A program made the position numbers and the translations under genes. A DNA stretch of 64,000 bases from a virus, in IMG/VR virus record IMGVR_UViG_3300030503_000573, positions 9,084 through 73,083 of that record; one strand, written 5' to 3'. This document shows positions 61,276 through 64,000 of the stretch, one piece after another (within the stretch, counting starts at the first letter, position 1; every line of letters begins with the position of its first letter). A model generated the notes under the pieces. That model worked only from the letters and a program-made list of their open reading frames with translations. It searched no databases and was not told the origin of the DNA.

Positions 61276-62064
61276 CTACGACATGTAGAGCTGGATGACG
61301 CCACCCTCTTGGTACATCAGAGGGTTGCCGCTGTTGTCGGCGACCGACAGGGTCACCGAGGAGACGACCTCAAGCGAGGGCGGCGAGTAGTTTATCCACG
61401 CCTCCCATATCCTTGAGTTGAAGTTGGTCGACATCCAAGACTTCCCATGGACATTCACGCCAAACGATGACTGTCCATAGTTGTCGATGAAGATTCGCCC
61501 TGCCGTAGGGATGACGTTCCCACCATCTGCGCTCGCGATGCTGATGAGCATGTAGCCAAGGCCCGCAGTCCATGGGGGCGCACCAGATTGAAAGCCCGAG
61601 CCATCGGCCGAGCCGGTGTACCAGTAGTACGGGAAGGATGCGTAGTCGCTCTGTGTAACGTCTCCGTTCACAGAGATGTACACCCTGTCCTCGTGGGAAT
61701 CTGTTCCGTTCGAGGCGAGCGATACGACGAGCTCAGCATTCTTGAAACCTGACGGAATGTCAATCGTTACTGAGGCCGTTGTCGTGTTAGAAATCGTCGT
61801 GGTCGAATATGGCCCGCTGCTGCCGCTCGCCGTCAGCGCATCATCCACGATGCTCAGCCCAGAGCCGAGGGCAAGCGGCGTCAGCACACCCGAGCCGTTG
61901 ACGTAGAAGAGGTTGGTGTCGCCCACGTTGGCGGTGACGAGGTCGGCCAGCAGGCTCACCGGCCCCTGGAAAGACCCGGTGTCGTCCTGCCCCTCCCACG
62001 ACTCTGTGCCGGCGAGCGCCCCGCTGAAGGTGCGGGTGATCTGGCGGACGGTCTCAGTGGTCAT
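61276..62064 (-). CDS. Fibre/adhesin-like protein with lower-GC C-terminal half
   Basis: LGSGLSIVDDALTAS fibre motif; beta-rich C-terminus; atypical codon usage. Confidence 0.6.
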   Translation of the reverse strand: MTTETVRQITRTFSGALAGTESWEGQDDTGSFQGPVSLLADLVTANVGDTNLFYVNGSGVLTPLALGSGLSIVDDALTASGSSGPYSTTTISNTTTASVTIDIPSGFKNAELVVSLASNGTDSHEDRVYISVNGDVTQSDYASFPYYWYTGSADGSGFQSGAPPWTAGLGYMLISIASADGGNVIPTAGRIFIDNYGQSSFGVNVHGKSWMSTNFNSRIWEAWINYSPPSLEVVSSVTLSVADNSGNPLMYQEGGVIQLYMS

Positions 62065-62216
62065 GTCTCATCCGTGGTGACGCGGGTTGCGCCGTCTGTG
62101 GTGACGCGGGTTGCGCCGTCTGTGGTGACGCGCTCGTCTGGCTCGCTCGGCGGGGGCGGCGCGAGTATCTTGCCGCCCGAGAGGCCGAGGCCGAACCCCA
62201 GGCCGAGGCCGGGCAT
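62061..62216 (-). CDS. 51-aa head-fibre anchor-like peptide
   Basis: MPGLGLGFGLGL N-terminus plus three RVTTD repeats; follows the spike-base gene. Confidence 0.55.
   Translation of the reverse strand: MPGLGLGFGLGLSGGKILAPPPPSEPDERVTTDGATRVTTDGATRVTTDET
62074..62132. repeat. 24-bp tandem repeat (about 2.5 copies)
   Basis: GTGGTGACGCGGGTTGCGCCGTCT x2 plus a partial copy. Confidence 0.9.
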
Positions 62217-62503
62217 CAGGCGGGCACCATGCTCATGGTCTGGCCGTGGAGGCCAGTCGCCGTCGAGGCCGCAGCCACCCGGGTGATCTGCAGCGTGACG
62301 GTCTCGCCGGCCGCGACGTTGTAGGTTTGCGTCGGTGGCAGCACGCCAGCCACCCCCGTCTCCTGGGCCGCCGTCACGAAGATCAGCGTCCCCTCGCCCT
62401 CGCAGCGGATGGCCACGGCGATGGGGCTGAAGATGGTATCGTCGGCCGGGGTGATCGGGAAGCTGTCGACCGGGATCGCGGCCCCGATGGGGTAGGCTGT
62501 CAT
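62216..62503 (-). CDS. Head spike base protein (RcGTA Rcc01079-like)
   Basis: FPITPADD...AIRC.G.G.L...YNVAAG..V.LQITRV..STATGL pattern; GGAGAGG RBS. Confidence 0.7.
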   Translation of the reverse strand: MTAYPIGAAIPVDSFPITPADDTIFSPIAVAIRCEGEGTLIFVTAAQETGVAGVLPPTQTYNVAAGETVTLQITRVAAASTATGLHGQTMSMVPA

Positions 62504-62511
62504 GTCCTCTC

Positions 62512-63171
62512 CTACGACTCTGGCGGACCCGTGTCGTCACTGCCCGACGCGACGTCGGGGTGGTAGTGGTCCAGGAAGCTGATGCCGTTGATGATGACGT
62601 CGCCACCGCCGCTGACGTACAGGTCGTTGCCGTTGGTGTTGATCGTCATGTCGGTGCCGAGGTCGAGGGTCACCGTCGTCTCGCTGATCGTCAGCACGTT
62701 GGTGCTCGCCGCCGAGCGCGCTATGACCCCGCCCTGGTTGACCCCGTACAGCTCGGTGCTGTCGGGGTCTATCGGGTCCACCCAGTTGGTGTTGCCCAGG
62801 GCGAGGAAGACGCAGGCCCCGAGGTTGGGGGGTGGCTGGCTTATCGAGGCCGTGCCCGAGCCCTGGCCGGTGACCCCGCCCAGCAGGGCGTCGGCGCTGA
62901 TGACCATGCCGAGGTTACCGACCTGGACGGGGTAGCGCACGTATTCCCAGTAGCCGATGGGGATGGTGATCTGCTGGGGGGTGAAGGGGGTGGTGTCCAG
63001 CTCAAACTTGACCGTGACGATTCCGGACGAGACCACCTCGACGACCGAGGCCGGGTAGCTCTTGCCGCCCATCCAGGCGGTGTCAGACGCCCGGCTGTCC
63101 GCGAGGTTGCTCAGGCTCTCGGTGAGCTGGAGCTTGAGGGCCCCCGAGCCGCCCTGTCCCGCCTGCCTCAT
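62512..63171 (-). CDS. Baseplate central spike protein
   Basis: N-terminal OB fold (PASVVEV...YPVQVG..G), C-terminal HxH (DHYH) and TGPP. Confidence 0.8.
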   Translation of the reverse strand: MRQAGQGGSGALKLQLTESLSNLADSRASDTAWMGGKSYPASVVEVVSSGIVTVKFELDTTPFTPQQITIPIGYWEYVRYPVQVGNLGMVISADALLGGVTGQGSGTASISQPPPNLGACVFLALGNTNWVDPIDPDSTELYGVNQGGVIARSAASTNVLTISETTVTLDLGTDMTINTNGNDLYVSGGGDVIINGISFLDHYHPDVASGSDDTGPPES

Positions 63172-63175
63172 GGGG

Positions 63176-64000
63176 CTACCCCTGGACGTCGAGGCCCAGC
63201 AGGCCCGGGAGCGGGGCTGCAGACCCGTAGGCGTCTATGACCGTGACCCACCCGGTGGCGTCGGCCGCCCGGCTGTCGCCCACGAACCTCACCTTCTGTA
63301 TCTGGAAGGTGCCTTGGAACGCCGAGCTGTCCTGGGCCTGCTGGGCGTTCTCCGCCCGCGTGTGGGTGGTGAGAGCCTGTGGAAACTGGATGTAGTCGCC
63401 GACCGAGACGTCGGCCCTCATAACACACTGGACCTGCACCGTGTCGTAGTCCACCCAGGTCGGCTGCCCGATCATGTCGGAGAACCGTATCGCCTTCGGG
63501 CTCGACTGTGTCGTCTGACCCGGGGCCGGCGCGCTCGTCTGGGTGCCGTCGGTGACGTAGAAGGTGTCGCCGTTCAGCACCACCTGCACCCCGTTGTAGG
63601 GCGCAGGCAGTATCGACTTGGAGAAGTCTAGGCACCACTTGGAGAACTGCTGGACCTTCTGGTACACGCCGGTCAGGGGCGCGGTCGCGGTCGGCGGCAG
63701 CGCCAGGTTGGGGCTCACCGAGGTCTGGACCGTGAGGTCCGGGTAGGCCGTGGACAGCGCCAGGGTGACCGCGTCGCCCATGTTCTGGCCCTTCTGCCAG
63801 TTGAGCGAGATGTTGACCGGGTCGTCGGCCGTACCCCCGGCGGCGGCGGCCGTGCCCCCGCCGTCCGTCCTGATGATCAGGTCGAGGGTCATCTCCAGGC
63901 CAACCCAGTTGCCGAAGGCCTGCCAGATGGTGCCCTGGACCGCCAGGCCCTGCTGCGAGGGGTCGCTCAGCGGCAGCCCCTTGCCCATGCCCAGGTAGAG
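63176..64000 (-). CDS. Baseplate hub protein (5' end outside window)
   Basis: G.IWQAFGNW, DMIGQPTW, F.I.KVRFVGDSR; upstream of the spike gene. Confidence 0.7.
   Translation of the reverse strand, partial: LYLGMGKGLPLSDPSQQGLAVQGTIWQAFGNWVGLEMTLDLIIRTDGGGTAAAAGGTADDPVNISLNWQKGQNMGDAVTLALSTAYPDLTVQTSVSPNLALPPTATAPLTGVYQKVQQFSKWCLDFSKSILPAPYNGVQVVLNGDTFYVTDGTQTSAPAPGQTTQSSPKAIRFSDMIGQPTWVDYDTVQVQCVMRADVSVGDYIQFPQALTTHTRAENAQQAQDSSAFQGTFQIQKVRFVGDSRAADATGWVTVIDAYGSAAPLPGLLGLDVQG

Noticed and set aside
1-64000. Genome-wide TAG stop-codon reassignment
   Set aside because: Many confident genes (capsid, terL, FAD enzyme, SSB-like) end at TAG with the next gene following closely, and conserved genes are not interrupted. 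Only one in-frame TAG case was seen, and no suppressor tRNA.
1-64000. Integrase/repressor lysogeny module, tRNA genes, reverse transcriptase/DGR
   Set aside because: No recognisable motifs in any ORF or intergenic region; they could lie outside the window.

Overview
The window is most of a GC-rich dsDNA tailed-phage genome, apparently circularly permuted. Minus-strand late genes lie at both ends. At 1-13850 are a NusG paralogue, terminase, DUF1073-type portal, minor head protein, NUDIX-DUF2213, scaffold, cement and capsid genes. At 53115-64000 are baseplate, spike, fibre, head-spike and lysis genes of a contractile-tail (Bcep781-like) virion. A plus-strand early/middle block (about 13.9-53.0 kb) carries SNF2, RecD and UvrD helicases, class II RNR, PolA, primase-helicase and many small ORFs. 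No integrase, tRNA or CRISPR was recognised. The Flp pilin, RcGTA-like head spike and promoter style point to an alphaproteobacterial (Caulobacter-like) host; this is inference. The most striking element is a thymidine-hypermodification cluster (29.3-42.9 kb): dUMP hydroxymethylase-type thymidylate synthase, three P-loop 5-hmdU DNA-kinase paralogues, two amino acid:DNA transferases of different clades, and a coupled amidoligase / FAD oxidoreductase / PanD aspartate decarboxylase trio. Together these suggest an undescribed base such as beta-alanylated 5-aminomethyl-dU. Other notable items are a phage-encoded Flp pilin, a three-copy promoter + RNA hairpin + RBS cassette, a split head-spike fibre, a circularly permuted GHKL ATPase near a TopoVI-A-like gene, and a perfect 126-bp duplication inside the endolysin. 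All family calls come from motif recognition by eye; no database searches were run.
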